A stretch of DNA of 64,000 bases from Ranitomeya imitator (taxonomy: Eukaryota). Shown in pieces: positions 38,254 to 51,590 of the stretch. Numbering within the stretch: the first letter of the stretch is position 1; every line of letters begins with the position of its first letter. Position numbers and translations under genes: made by a program. The notes beneath the pieces are model-generated. The model saw only the letters and a program-made list of their open reading frames with translations, did no database searches and was not told the origin of the DNA. The stretch is from positions 739,660,001 to 739,724,000 of the forward strand of contig NC_091283.1 of the NCBI RefSeq assembly GCF_032444005.1. The letters are read 5' to 3'.

Positions 38254-38519
38254 TAGGGATGAGCGTACTCATGGAAGTTCGGATTCTGGTGCCAGACCCA
38301 AACTTTAGTCCAAAGTTCGGTTCAGGTACCATAACTGTACCCGAACTTGAACCAGAACCCGGACCCCATTGAAAACAATGAAGACCCAAACTTTCGATGT
38401 GGAAAAAATTCTCTCTCTCTGACTTGCCTTGGAATTCAGAACATTGCAACGGACTTCCAGGGAATGTCCGTGTTCAACGTTTAGCACTGGACTTTTAAAT
38501 TTGGGTTCGCTCATCTCTA
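38254..38519. mobile_element. hAT-like MITE
   Basis: TIRs TAGGGATGAGCG and CGCTCATCTCTA; 8-bp TSD GTGATGAT/CTGATGAT (7 of 8 match). Confidence 0.85.
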
Positions 38520-38871
38520 CTGATGATACAACCACCATGACATCCACATATGAAAATTTCTTACATGTCCCTCTAGTATATCAGAAAGTATTTTGATTAG
38601 TGCTATGCAGTGGAGAACATTTCTAAATTATACAAGGAGAGAATCAGAACACATGACGAAGTATTACATAATAAAATTAAGAAAATGACATTAGTGGGCC
38701 TTGATGTTTTTCAAAATGTAGCTTTCCTCAGAAGTAATTACGATCATCATCTAGATACAAGAAAGATATATATCTTGGTACCGTGTTAGCCAGTAGATAG
38801 AAACATATTTAGAATTGAGAGACCTCAGTGGTTGATACCTTTTAATGGCTAACTGAAAAGATGGTAACAAA

Positions 38872-38912
38872 TTGCAAGCTTTTGAGACTACACAGGTCTC
38901 TTCATCAGGCGA
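38872..38912 (-). ncRNA. Minimal type I hammerhead ribozyme motif, core G12 mutated
   Basis: TCGC-CTGATGA-A-GAGAC(CTGTGTA)GTCTC-AAAA-GCTT-GCAA. Confidence 0.65.
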
Positions 38913-39077
38913 AGACTAAAACAAATTCTGAAGAATCACATATTTATGCACAACATAGCACAGAGAAAAAAACCCACTGAGGACTCTCAATTCTAAATAT
39001 TTTTCTATCTACTCCCCCTTTTTTTTCCCTCTGTGCTATGTTGTGCATAAATATGTGATTCTTCAGAATTTGTTTAA

Positions 39078-39825
39078 AGATACCTTCACACATAACGATA
39101 TCGTTAACGATATCATTGCTTTTTGTGATGTAGCAACGATATCGTTAAGGAAATCGTTCTGTGTGACAGCGACCAACGATCAGGCCCCTGCTGGGAGATC
39201 GTTGGTCGCTGAGGAAAGTCCAGAACTTTATTTCGTCACTGGACTCCCTGCAGACATCGCTGGATCGGCGTGTGTGACACCGATCCAGCGATGTCTTCAC
39301 TGGTAACCAGGGTAAACATCGGGTTACTAAGCGCAGGGCCGCGCTTAGTAACCCGATGTTTACCCTGGTTACCAGCGTAAAAGTAAAAAAAACAAACACT
39401 ACATACTTACCTACCGCTGTCTGTCCCCGGCGCTCAGCTTCTCTGCACTCCTCCTGCACTGGCTGTGAGCGTCGGTCAGCCGGAAAGCAGAGCGGTGACG
39501 TCACAGTTCTGCTTTCCGGCCGCTGTGCTCACAGTCAGTGCAGGAGGAGTGCAGAGAAGCAGAGCCCCGGGGACAGACAGCGGTAGGTAAGTATGTAGCG
39601 TTTGTTTTTTTTACTTTTACGCTGGTAACCAGGGTAAACATCGGGTTACTAAGCGCGGCCCTGCGCTTAGTAACCCGATGTTTACCCTGGTTACCCGGGG
39701 ACCTCGGGATCGTTGGTCGCTGGAGAGCTGTCTGTGTGACAGCTCTCCAGCGACCAAACAGCGACGCTGCAGCGATCGACATCGTTGTCGGTATCGCTGC
39801 AGCGTCGCTGAGTGTGAAGGTACCT
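39078..39825. mobile_element. Harbinger-like element with nested perfect palindromes
   Basis: TAA-AGATACCTTCACAC...GTGTGAAGGTACCT-TAA. A 34-bp perfect stem spans 39301-39374. Confidence 0.8.
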
Positions 39826-39832
39826 TAAGTCT

Positions 39833-39873
39833 TTGCCTGATGAGGAGACCTGTGTAGTCTCGAGAGCTTGCAA
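39833..39873 (+). ncRNA. Minimal type I hammerhead ribozyme motif, GAAA mutated to GAGA
   Basis: TTGC-CTGATGA-G-GAGAC(CTGTGTA)GTCTC-GAGA-GCTT-GCAA. Confidence 0.7.
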
Positions 39874-41506
39874 TTTGTTACCATCTTTTCAGTTAGCCAT
39901 TAAAAGGTATCAGCCACTGAGGACTCTCAATTCTAAGTATTTTTCAATCATCATCTAATCATTTTCCAGGCAACTTTTAAGTAAATTCAATATATTATAC
40001 ACTATAATCTATTAGAAGCTATCACAGTGTAAATCAGTTATATATATCAAAATCTTAGTCTATTGCCATTCTCATGGCTTTTTAACCCCTTTCTGCCATT
40101 GGACGTAATATTCCGTCCATGTGGGGTGGGCCTTAATTCCCAAGGACGGAATATTACGTCCAGCGCGATCGGCCGCGCTCACGGGGGGAGCGCCGCCGAT
40201 CGCGGCCGGGTGTCAGCTGCTTATCGCAGCTGACATCCGGCACTATGTGCCAGGAGCGGTCACGGACCGCCCCCGGCACATTAACCCCCGGCACACCGCG
40301 ATCAAAGATGATCGCGATGTGCCGGCGGTGCAGGGAAGCATCGCGCAGGGAGGGGGCTCCCTGCGTGCTTCCCTGAGACCCCCGCAGCAACGCGATTTGA
40401 TCGCGTTGCTCTGGGGGTCTCCTACCTCCCTCCCTGCAGTAAGTCCCGGATCCAAGATGGCCGCGGATCCGGGTCCTGCAGGGAGGGAGGTGGCTCAGAG
40501 CAGGCACTTGGTAACGCTGCACTGCTCTCAGACAGATCGGTGATCTGTCAGAGTGCTGTGCAAACTGGCAGATCACCGATCTGTATTGTCCCCCCCCTGG
40601 GACAAAGTAAAAAAGTAAAAAAAAAAATTTCCAAGTGTGTAAAAAAAAAAAAAAAAAAAATCCTAAATAATGAAAAAAAAAATAAATATTATTCCCATAA
40701 ATACATTTCTTTATATAAATAAAAAAAAACCAAAACAATAAAAGTACACATATTTAGTATCGCCGCGTCCGTAACGACCCGACCTATAAAACTGGCCCAC
40801 TAGTTAAACCCTTCAGTAAACACCGTAAGAAAAAAAAAAAACGAGGCAAAAAACAACGCTTTATTATCATACTGCCAAACAAAAAGTGGAATAACACGCG
40901 ATCAAAAAGACGGATATAAATAACCATGGTACCGCTGAAAGCGTCATCTTGTCCCGCAAAAAATGAGCCGCCATACAGCAACATCAGAAAAAAAAATAAA
41001 AAAGTTATAGTCCTCAGAATAAAGCGATGCAAAAATAATTATTTTTTTCTATAAAATAGTTTTTATCATATAAAAGCGCCAAAACATAAAAAAAATGATA
41101 TAAATGAGGTGTTGCTGTAATCGTACTGAACCGAAGAATAAAACTGCTTTATCAATTTTACCAAACGCGGAACAGTATAAACGCCTCCCCCAAAAGAAAT
41201 TCATGAATAGCTGGTTTTTGGTCATTCTGCCTCACAAAAATCGGAATAAAAAGCGATCAAAAAATGTTACGTGCCCGAAAATGTTACCAATAAAAACGTC
41301 AACTCGTCCCGCAAAAAACAAGACCTCACTTGACTCTGTGGACTCAAATATGGAAAAATTATAGCTCTCAAAATGTGGTAACGCAAAAAATATTTTTTGC
41401 AATAAAAAGCGTCTTTCAGTGTGTGACGGCTGCCAATCATAAAAATCCGCTAAAAAACCCGCTATAAAAGTAAATGAAAAAAATGTATTTATTTCCATTT
41501 TCCCAT

Positions 41507-41950
41507 TAGGGTTAGGGCTAGGGTTAGGGCTAGGGCTAGGGTTAGGGCTAGTGCTAGNNNNNNNNNNNNNNNNNNNNNNNNNNNNNNNNNNNNNNNNNNN
41601 NNNNNNNNNNNNNNNNNNNNNNNNNNNNNNNNNNNNNNNNNNNNNNNNNNNNNNNNNNNNNNNNNNNNNNNNNNNNNNNNNNNNNNNNNNNNNNNNNNNG
41701 GGACTAGGGTTAGGGTTAGGGCTAGGGCTAGGGTTAGGGCTAGGGTTAGGGCTAGGGTTAGGGTTGGGGCTAGGGTTAGGGCTAGGGTTAGGGTTAAGGC
41801 TACAGTTAGGGTTGGGGCTAAAGTTAGGGTTAGGGTTTGGATTACATTTACCGTTGGGAATAGGGTTGGGATTAGGGTTAGGGGTGTGTCTGGGTTAGAG
41901 GTGTGGTTAGGGTTACCGTTGGGATTAGGGTTAGGGGTGTGTTTGGATTA
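41507..41950 (+). repeat. Interstitial telomere-like array (TTAGGG/CTAGGG) spanning assembly gap 41558-41699
   Basis: GGGTTA and GGGCTA hexamers lie on both sides of 142 Ns. Confidence 0.9.
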
Positions 41951-41959
41951 GGGTTTCAG

Positions 41960-43760
41960 TTATAATTGGGGGGTTTCCACTGTTTAGGCACATCAGGGGG
42001 ATCTCCAAACGCGACATGGCGACCGATCTCGATTCCATCCAATTCTGCATTGAAAAAGTAATACAGTGCTCCTTCCCTTCCGAGCTCTCCCGTGTGCCCA
42101 AACAGGAGTTTACCCCAACATATGGGGTATCAGCGTACTCAGGACAAATTGGGCAACAACTTTTGGGGTCCAATTTCTCCTGTTACCCTTGGGAAAATAC
42201 AAAACTGGGGGCTAAAAAATAATTTTTGTGGGAAAAAGAGAGATTTTTTATTTTCACGGCTCTGCGTTATAAACTGTAGTGAAACACTTGGGGGCTCAAA
42301 GTTCTCACAACACATCTAGATAAGTTCGTGGGGGGGTCTAGTTTCCAATATGGGGTCACTTGTGGGGGTTTCTACTGTTTAGGTATATTAGGGGCTCTGC
42401 AAACGCAATGTGACGCCTGCAGACCATTCCATCTAAGTCTGCATTCCAAATGGCGCTCCTTCCCTTCCGAGCCCTCCCATGCGCCCAAACGCTGGTTCCC
42501 CCCCACATATGGGGTATCAACGCACTCAGGACAAATTGGACAACAACTTTCGGGGTCCAATTTCTCCTTTTACCCTCGAGAAAATACAAAACTGGGGGCT
42601 AAAAAATAATTTTGAGGGGAAATTTTTTTTTTTATTTTCACGGCTCTGCGTTATAAACTGTAGTGAAATACTTGGGGGCTCAAAGTTCAAACAACACATC
42701 TAGATAAGTTCCTTGGGGGGTCTAGTTTCCAATATGGGGTCACTTGTGGGGGGTTTCTACTGTTTAGGTACATTAGGGGCTCTGCAAACACAATGTGACG
42801 CCTGCAGACCATTCCATCTAAGTCTGTATTCCAAATGGCGCTCCTTCCCTTCCGAGCCCTCCCATGCGCCCAAACGCTGGTTCTCCCCCACATATAGGGT
42901 ATCAGCGCACTCAGGACAAATTGCACAACAACTTTTGGGGTCCAATTTCTCCTGTTACCCTCAGGAAAATACAAAACTGGGGGCTAAAAAATTATTTTTG
43001 TGGGAAAAAATTTTTGTTTTATTTTTACGGCTCTGCATTATAAACTTCTGTGAAGCTCTTATTGGGTCAAAGTGCTCACCACACATCTAGATAAGTTCCT
43101 TAGGGGGTCTACTTTTCAAAATGGTGTCACTTGTGGGGGGTTTCAATGTTTAGGTACATCAGTGGCTCTCCAAACGCAACATGGCGTCCCATCTCAATTC
43201 CTGTCAATTTTGCATTGAAAGGTCAAACGGCGCTCCTTCCCTTCCGAGCTCTCCCATGCGCCCAAACAATGGTTTACCCCCACATATGGGGTATCAGAGT
43301 ACTCAGGACAAATTGTGCCACAACTTTTGTGGTCCAATTTCTTCTCTTACCATTGGGAAAATAAAAAATTGGGGGCGAAAAGATAATTTTTGTGAAAAAA
43401 AATGATTTTTTATTTTTACGGTTCTGCATTATAAACTTCTGTGAAGCACTTGGTGGGTCAAAGTGCTCACCACATCTCTAGATAAGTTCCTTAGGGGGTC
43501 TACTTTCCAAAATGGTGTCACTTGTGGGGGGTTTCAATGTTTAGGCACATCAGTGGCTCTCCAAACGCAACATGGCGTCCCATCTCAATTCCAGTCAATT
43601 TTGCATTGAAAAGTCAAATGGCGCTCCTTCCCTTCCGAGCTCTGCCATGCGCCCAAACTGTGGTTAACCCCCACATATGGGGTATCAGCGTACTCAGGAC
43701 AAATTGTACAACAACGTTTGGGGTCCATTTTCTCCTGTAACCCTTGGTAAAATAAAACAA
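41960..43760. repeat. ~385-391 bp tandem satellite, about 4.5 units
   Basis: Marker CTAGATAAGTTC at 42316, 42700, 43087 and 43478. Confidence 0.9.
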
Positions 43761-45929
43761 ATTGGAGCTGAAGTAAATTTTTTGTGAAAAAAAGTTAAAT
43801 GTTAATTTTTATTTAAACATTCCAAAAATTCCTGTGAAGCACCTGAAGGGTTAATAAACTTCTTGAATGTGGTTTTGAGAACCTTGAGGGGTGCAGTTTT
43901 TAGAATGGTGTCACACTTGGGTATTTTCTATCATATAGACCCCTCAAAATGACTTCAAATGAGATGTGGTCCCTAAAATAAAATGGTGTTGTAAAAATGA
44001 GAAATTGCTGGTCAACTTTTAACCCTTATAACTCCCTAACAAAAAAAAATTTTGGTTCCAAAATTGTGCTGATGTAAAGTAGACATGTGGGAAATGTTAC
44101 TTATTAAGTATTTTGTGTGACATATCTCTGTGATTTAATTGCATAAAAATTCAAAGTTGGAAAATTGCGAAATTTTCAAAAGTTTCGCCAAATTTCCGTT
44201 TTTTTCACAAATAAACGCAGGTAATATCAAAGAAATTTTACCACTATCATGAAGTACAATATGTCACGAGAAAACAATGTCAGAATCACCAGGATCCGTT
44301 GAAGCGTTCCAGAGTTATAACCTCATAAAGGGACAGTGGTCAGAATTGTAAAAATTGGCCCGGTCCATAACGTGCAAACCACCCTTGGGGGTAAAGGGGT
44401 TAAAGAGACATCAATGGTAACCATTACATGACCCTGCACAATCAACAATCGTGACCACAGATGAAAGTTTTTCCCTCTTCTATTCATCCAGTCATGGCAG
44501 TAAAGTCATCAGTACTTTCTAGAAGAAGTGAAAACAACAAAAAAGTTGCCAGTCATGAGTCTTAAATGAGCATTTTTTTTTTTTTTTACTTAATAACACA
44601 TAAAGTAATGAGAGGACAGGCATTGGCTAGGTACACACAGGCCAGGAGTGGATTTCTTGGGGAAGGAAACACATGCGGACACTATTTATTAATGGAAGAT
44701 TTGCTGCACAATTTCAGTGTCGGTTTGCAAATGAACATTTGTGTGGCTTGGATTGTGACACCTGAAATTTATTTTCTCCATCCTTGACTATTTGCCTACA
44801 TGTCCTGCTTGTATAAGCATTTGTATACCTTGCTAATAAAAAAAAAGACTCTCCAAGTCAATATATCTAGTGCCGTGTAATTAATACATACAGGCCTACA
44901 GGTTATATGCTAGCAGTGTACATGATATGGAGGTAATTGGAGATTTCCTGTATCGCAATTATTGTCTTACATAGTTTATTAGCGGCAGTAAAATAGGTAT
45001 ACGTTTCAGTTCTCATTAAGGGCTCATACAGATGTCAGTTTTTCTCATACAAAAGCTATCTTTGTTTTTCACAGATAGAATTTCTACCTATTATATTCTA
45101 GTGGACTGTTCACACATTTATGTATTTTTGCAGACCGAGTATTCCACATAGAATCATGGAGTCTTATCCAATCTTGACCTGATTCTTGGATCAAAATCGC
45201 CAATGCAAGTCAATGCAAGGTCAGTGAAAAAATCAAACAGTCTGGAAAAAAATGAAAAAAATGGACAGCACATGGATGGCATCCAAGAGCTGTCTGTTTT
45301 TGACAAACTGTTTGATATGAGAAGCTATAGAAACATCCATTTTTTTTCACCTGAGAAAGAATAATGATAATCTGACAAAACAGTGATGAAACTCTGATAT
45401 AACACACTGACGAAGCTCAGGCCAATTTTGCCTATGAGAAAAATGACTGGTGTCTGAATTAGGCCTAAGGCAGATACTTTAGATCGGCTGGAGGTCTTAA
45501 AGAGGTGGTTCCCTTTCAGAAAACTTTTGCCTATAAGCACAGTTGGTTGTAAAAAAAATTGTGCTCCCTCTCCGGGTCCAGCACCGTGTCTGCGCCGCTG
45601 CCTTTATCAGCATAAACCACTGGGCTCAGTGATTTGCTGTTGATGTGATGTCATGGCTGCACCCAACAACAGAGATCAGAGCAGTAGAAAGACCCAACAT
45701 TGGACCCGGGGAGACTAGGTAAAGTGTAGTTTGCTATTTTTTTACATAGATGCATGCATATAGGAAAAAGTTTTCTGAAAGGAAACAAACCCTGTAAAGC
45801 TGGGAAAATATTGAAACAAAATTATACTGAACCAGTAGTAATACAGTGACATGTAAAAGTTTGGCCAGCCCTGGTCAAAATTATGCTATTGTGAACAGTT
45901 AAGCGAGTTGAAGATTAAATGATCTCTAA

Positions 45930-46670
45930 GGCTATGTGCACACGATGCGGATTTTGCTGCGGATTCGCAGCGTTTCCGCAGCTGCGGATCCGCAGCAGTT
46001 TCCCATGCGTTTACAGTTCAATGTAAACGTATGGAAAAAAAAAAACGCTGTGCACATGCTGCGGAAAAAAACGCGCGGAAACGCAGCGGTTTACATTCCG
46101 CAGCATCTCACTTCTTTGTGCGTTTTCCGCAGTGGATTTACAACTGCCCTTATGGAAAACCGCAGTTGTAAATCCACAGTGGAAACCGCAGGAAAACTGC
46201 GGTAAATCCGCAGCGGTTTTCCACTGCGGATTTATCAAATCTGCTGGAATCCGCTGCGGAAAAATTCGCAGTGGACCCAGACTACGTGTGCACATAGCCT
46301 AAGGGTACGTGCTCATGATTGGGAAGAGCAGCGTTTTGGACACAACTCACCTGTGCTGCATCCAAAGTGCTGCATTCTACATTAGAAGCACAGTGCATGG
46401 GATTTATAGAAATCCTATGCCCACTGTATGTCTATTTAATACTGGGTAAACTATCCTGCAGTGGAGGTTTATGAGCCGCAGCATGTCAATTATCTGCAGT
46501 AGAGACGCTGTTTAGTTTAACCCATAGCCATGGGTGAATGATGCAGTAAATCCACATGGTTCAATAAACACATCCGGATTTAACTGCGCAATTAGAATGC
46601 AGCATTTTGGACGCAACGAAAATATGCTGCATCAAAAACACAGCTACTTCCTGGTCGTAGGCACATAGCC
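45930..46670. mobile_element. Two abutting Harbinger-like MITEs (45930-46299, 46303-46670)
   Basis: TAA-GGCTATGTGCACACG...CGTGTGCACATAGCC-TAA-GGGTACGTGC...GCACATAGCC. Confidence 0.8.
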
Positions 46671-46800
46671 TTAAAGACCTAAGGTTAAAGATGACACATT
46701 TCCTTTATATATTATGAAAGAAAAATATTTTCATTTTTTACATTTAAAAAATTACAAAAATGAAAATGGGCTCATGCAAAAATTTAGACGCCCTGTATGG

Positions 46801-48138
46801 TGTTAGGAGTCGAGTTCCCTCCGCTGCACAAGGGGAATCTCAATCCATGTCTGCTGCGGTCTCCCATTCTACATCAGCCATGGTGGAGCCTGCTCAGCAG
46901 AGACATCAGTATTAGCATCTCACTCAGTCTAACACTGTGCAAAGGGTAACTGCTGTCTTTCCAGGCTCTGCTGTTGTAGCCTGCACTGGTCAGCGGCGAG
47001 CCGGTTTTTTTGGGACTAAGTCCTGCTTTGCACACACTGAGCATGCCCAAGGTAAGACCTCTCATTGGAGGTCATGGGTTACATGCTCAAGTACTGCTGC
47101 AGCTCCCATTGGCCCTCTAGGAAGGTCCTGAAGTTGCTCTGGTATTGCAGCAACTTCCAATGGTTCCCTAGGTATATCCTGAAGCTGGTGCAGCTATAAA
47201 AGGTTTGCATGGCTGCACGGCCATGCGCAAGTATCGCCTCATGTCATGAGCTTGTTATTTGTGGTCATGCCTGTATGTGTGTATTCAGGGACCCGGCTGA
47301 AATAAGCCCCTAGAATACCGGCACCTACGGTGAGGAGTTTTGAATGTATGTATTCAGGGACCAAGCTGAAATAAGCCCCCAGAATACCGACACCTCCGGT
47401 GAGGACTGTTTGTGTGCTTTTCTGGTGAGTGACCACTGACTGCCTCCAGCTCAGCAGTTAGCTGTGTTCCCCTGTGACGCTAACAGGGCACAGCATCTTG
47501 TTTCTAGCAAATCTATGGAGTTAACAGAGTTCGCTTATACCGCCATATAGCGCCACCATTTGCCAGCAGCAGGTTCCTCTCCTGCACCGTGGACCCCGCG
47601 TTGCGAACGCACCTATTTATACATATATATATACTCGGTGAATTCCGCCAACCCTAACATAATACTAGCGCCAGGGTCTGGCTAGTAAATGGTGGACAAA
47701 AAGCAATCCTTGCGGTAAATCCAGCAGCTGGAGGGTAGGTTGGCGGCTCTTGAGCACATAACACCTCAGCAGTGGATGTTACCGCAGTTGCTGTTCAGGC
47801 TGCTAGCGTGGCTGCAGCAACTTGTCCACGGCCACCCCTGTTCCGACTCTATCTCACCTCCCGCTGCCAGAAAAAATTCCTGGTGATAGTAAATCTTGTA
47901 GGGGTTTCGTGAGCCAGTGCTCTATACACCTCGAGCTCCTGGCCTCACGTTTCCCCACAGAGCGGGCAAAGGTTGGATTTATTGTGTCTCTCCTGTCGGA
48001 CAGGGCGTTGGAGTGGGCTACACCGCTGTGGGTGCGTGGCGATCATGTCCGCTGTTCTTGAGCACTCTAAAACAGGTCTTTTTAGGGCCTCGAGTCACCC
48101 ATGATACAGCGCTCCAACTGTTGGCATTGACTCAGGGC
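46801..48138 (+). mobile_element. Truncated sister copy of the Gypsy family at 58146-63648: 5' LTR (46801-47659), PBS and decayed gag start
   Basis: LTR TGTTAGGAGTCGAG...CCTAACA, TATAAAA at 47195, and a gag remnant LPLPEKIPGDSKSCRGFVSQCSIHLELLA that matches the long ORF. Confidence 0.9.
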
Positions 48139-48863
48139 TGAGTAGGATGTAGGATTTTGCCTAAGAGTGCATTCATATTAGGCAGGTTCCCAGCAATGAG
48201 AATCACCTTATAGTGGCTACCGAGTACACATGAATTGGCCAATTTATGTGATAAATTTTCTCAATTTTTACTATTTTCTACAGCAGTAATGCAATGCAAA
48301 TTTTATATATTTCATGTTTGCATTCTATAGTGCATAGGGAGCATAATAAAAAGTTATGTCTCTGCACTATAACTAAGGGGGTACATGTCAGACTGCAACT
48401 GTATAAAATCTAAGTTTTTGAAAAATCAAGAAAGAACCTTAAATAATCAAAAATTCAAGTCAATTATTAGAATTATGTCACTTAAATAGTGTACCCAGCA
48501 TCTTTCACTTCTGCATCAGGGAAAAAAAAAGGGGTTGCTTGTCACAGGTATCATGCTTATGGCCTAATAATGTCTGTCTCATTATTAACTTATGTGTCGT
48601 TACTTTAAGAAAATGTAAATGCTTGTCCATTCAAAATATCTGCCATGCATGAGTTATACCTGTCAATAAATGGAAAGCAGCAAACTGATACTATATCAAA
48701 AGCAACTCTCACTTCCAGATGATATGATACTGCCACAGTAGTAACCTAAAGGTACTGCTATCAAATACCAGATTATCGGTAAAATGCTCTGAAAAAGACA
48801 TTTTAGATACTTTAACTATCAACATTAAAGGTGTTTGTCCCCGAAACAATATGTACAGTATTA

Positions 48864-49520
48864 AAGGGAACCTGTCACCAAATTTGTCCCATACACAGTA
48901 TGGCCAGCATGTGTAAGACCTCATTTTCAGCATTCTAGAATGCTGCATATAAGTCACCAATCCCCTCTGCAGAACAAAAAAGACCTTGTATTATACTCAC
49001 CTATTACGAGGTCCAGTCCGATGGGCATCCCATTATCTTGATCTGTGCCTCTTCTCTTCACAATTGCCATCCTCCTTTTTGCATTGTGTGAATAATGCCC
49101 CCGCCATCCACATAATGTCCTCCATCGCACTCCTGCACAGGTGTACCTCTCTCTGCCCTACCGAGGACAGAGCAAAGTACTGTAATGCGCGAAGAAAGGG
49201 CAAAGAGTGCCGGTGTATGCGCACTACAATACTTTGCTCTTCCCTCAGCAGGGCAGAGACATATGATGATGTAGGACGTGTCATCATCAACATTTAGCAG
49301 GAAAGGAGGATGGTATCGGAAAAAGAGAGGAGGCACCGGACTAAGACCACAGACGCGCATCTGTCCAGATCACACCTTAGGTGAGTGTAATAGAAGGTCT
49401 TTTTGTTTTGTACTGAGTGCATTGGAAACTTATATACAGTATTCTAGGAGACTGCATATGAGGGTTTGCAGGTGCTGGCCCTACAATATATGGGAAAAAC
49501 CTGTTGACAGGTTCACTCTA
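48864..49520. mobile_element. Kolobok/T2-type MITE
   Basis: TTAA-AGGGAACCTGTCA...TGACAGGTTCACT. Confidence 0.6.
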
Positions 49521-50707
49521 ACTATCCACAGGACAGGTGATAAATGAATACTCAACTCCTTAGCCTACTTTCACACATCAGGTTTTCAGTGTCAGGCTAA
49601 ATCCGGCTAATTTTCAAAAAAATGGATCAGGCGAATGTTGCCGCCGGATCAGGTTTTTTCCCCATAGACTTGTATTAGTACCTGATTGCACCTGATGACA
49701 TTGCATTTTGTCCGGTTTCTTAAAAAAAGTCCACTGCAACGTTTTTTTTCTCCGGTGAAAAAGCCTGAAGCGCCGGATACGGCGCTTCCGGCTGTTTGCT
49801 ACAATGAAAGCCTATGGGAGCCGGAAGGTGCAGGATCTGGAAAAAGGCGGATCTGTCGGCCTGATCTGGTGTTTTAAAATGAGCATGCTCCAAATTTTTT
49901 TTTTTCCAATAATCTAGATAGGCTGGCCGGATCCATCAAAAAAACGGATCAGTCGCATCTGTTTTTCACAATCTGCACCGGATACAGTTTTTCCAACATT
50001 CGCCGGATTTAGCTTGACAAAAGAGTCCACAAGAAAAGTCCAAAGTACATTGTGTGAGCAAAGGCAAAAAATGCTCTATTCACTGGATTTAGAAGCATAG
50101 GTTGCACATGCTTACTGTTGCTCCAACAGGGGACTTTGGAGTCCCCTATTCTTGTGATCAGTGGGGTCTAATATGCTGGACAATGAGTAATCAATAATTC
50201 AACTATCCCTCCCTTGGATAGGTGAAAAATAATGTTTATGAGACAATCTATTTAAAAATAGATTAGTAATCTTCAAAAAGTGTGAAAAATAAATTTTCCT
50301 ATGAAGTCAATCAAGCTCATGAAGAAAAGTCACTCATAACAGTACTGGAAAAACTTTTAGTGTCCGGTCTGACAATATTATTTTTTTCCAGGAGACATAT
50401 GGCGTTCTGTGTGTGTGCTACTGTGCTCTAGCTTTGAATTCTGGAGGGACAATGACTCACTAGTTATAAATAAATGACTCATTTATTATGACTGCTCTCT
50501 TGTAGTTATGGGATAGCTGCATCTGTACTTGTAGAAGCTATTTCCTACATCAAACTATTGAAATCAAGTCGAGTTTCTTTCATACGTTTTAAGATTCCAA
50601 AGAAAACACAAAAAGTTTCAAAAATATTATTTTAAGATTTCATTCCAATTTTTTTGTGGAAATATCTCTCCGTCAAATTATTAATTCACCTAATTTATTT
50701 TCCCATA

Positions 50708-51590
50708 CTGTCATGGCCAAAAGTATTCACACCCCTGCAATTCTGTCAGATAATACTCAGTTTCTTACTGAAAATGATTGCGAACACAAATTATTTGGTA
50801 TTATTATCTTCATTTAATTTGTCTTAAATGAAAAAAACACAAAAAGAACTGTCCTAAAGCCAAATTGGACATAATTCCACACCAAACATAAAAAAGGGGG
50901 TGGACAAAAGTATTGACACTGTTCGAAAAATCATGTGATGCTTCTCTAATTTGTGTAATTAACAGCACCTGTAATTTACCTGTGGCACCTAACAGGTGTT
51001 GGCAATAACTAAATCACACTTGCAGCCAGTTGACATGGATTAAAGTTGACTCAACCTCTGTCCTGTGTCCTTGTGTGTACCACATTGAGCATGGAGAAAA
51101 GAAAGAAGACTAAAGAACTGTCTGAGGACTTGATAAACCAAATTGTGAGGAAGCATGAGCAATCTCAAGGCTACAAGTCCATCTGCAAAGACCTGAATGT
51201 TCCTGTGTCTACCGTGCGCAGTGTCATCAAGAAGTTTAAAGCCCATGGCACTGTGGCTAACCTCCCTATAAGTGGACGGAAAAGAAAAATTGACAAGAGA
51301 TTTCAACGCAAGATTGTGTGGATGTTGGATAAAGAACCCCGACTAACATCCAAACAAGTTCAGGCTGCCCTGCAGTCCGAGGGTACAACAGGGTCAACCC
51401 ATATTATCCGTCGGCATCTGAATGAAAATGGACTGTATGGTAGGAGACCCAGGAAGACCCCACTTCTTACCCCGAGACATAAAAAAGCCATGCTGGAGTT
51501 TGCCAAAATTTACCTGAAAAGGCCTAAAACTTTTTGGAAGAATGTTCTCTGGTCAGATGACACAAAAGTAGAGCTTTTTGAGCAAAGGCA
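50708..51590 (+). mobile_element. 3'-truncated Tc1-like transposon
   Basis: TA followed by a TIR-like CTGTCATGGCCAAAAGTATTCACACCCC, then the transposase 5' half. Confidence 0.85.
51091..51590 (+). pseudogene. Tc1 transposase N-terminal half (HTH domains to the first catalytic Asp region)
   Basis: MEKRKKTKELSEDL...VPVSTVRSVIKKFK...GRKRK...WKNVLWSDDTKVELF, then runs into unrelated sequence. Confidence 0.88.

Larger units (their letters stand above)
38775..39945. mobile_element. Inverted pair of Penelope-like terminal repeat fragments, split by a Harbinger-like insertion
   Basis: About 38800-38965 is the reverse complement of 39015-39075 joined to 39826-39945. Both arms contain hammerhead motifs. 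Confidence 0.75.
40086..44399. mobile_element. piggyBac-like composite element with TTAGGG/CTAGGG array and ~387-bp satellite
   Basis: TTAA-CCCCTTT...AAAGGGG-TTAA. About 41700-44340 is an inverted homolog of 33000-34480. Confidence 0.75.

Noticed and set aside
41551-41898. (GL)n ORF; possible true telomere
   Set aside because: Translation of TTAGGG/CTAGGG repeats across a gap. The array is internal to a TTAA-flanked element, so it is interstitial.
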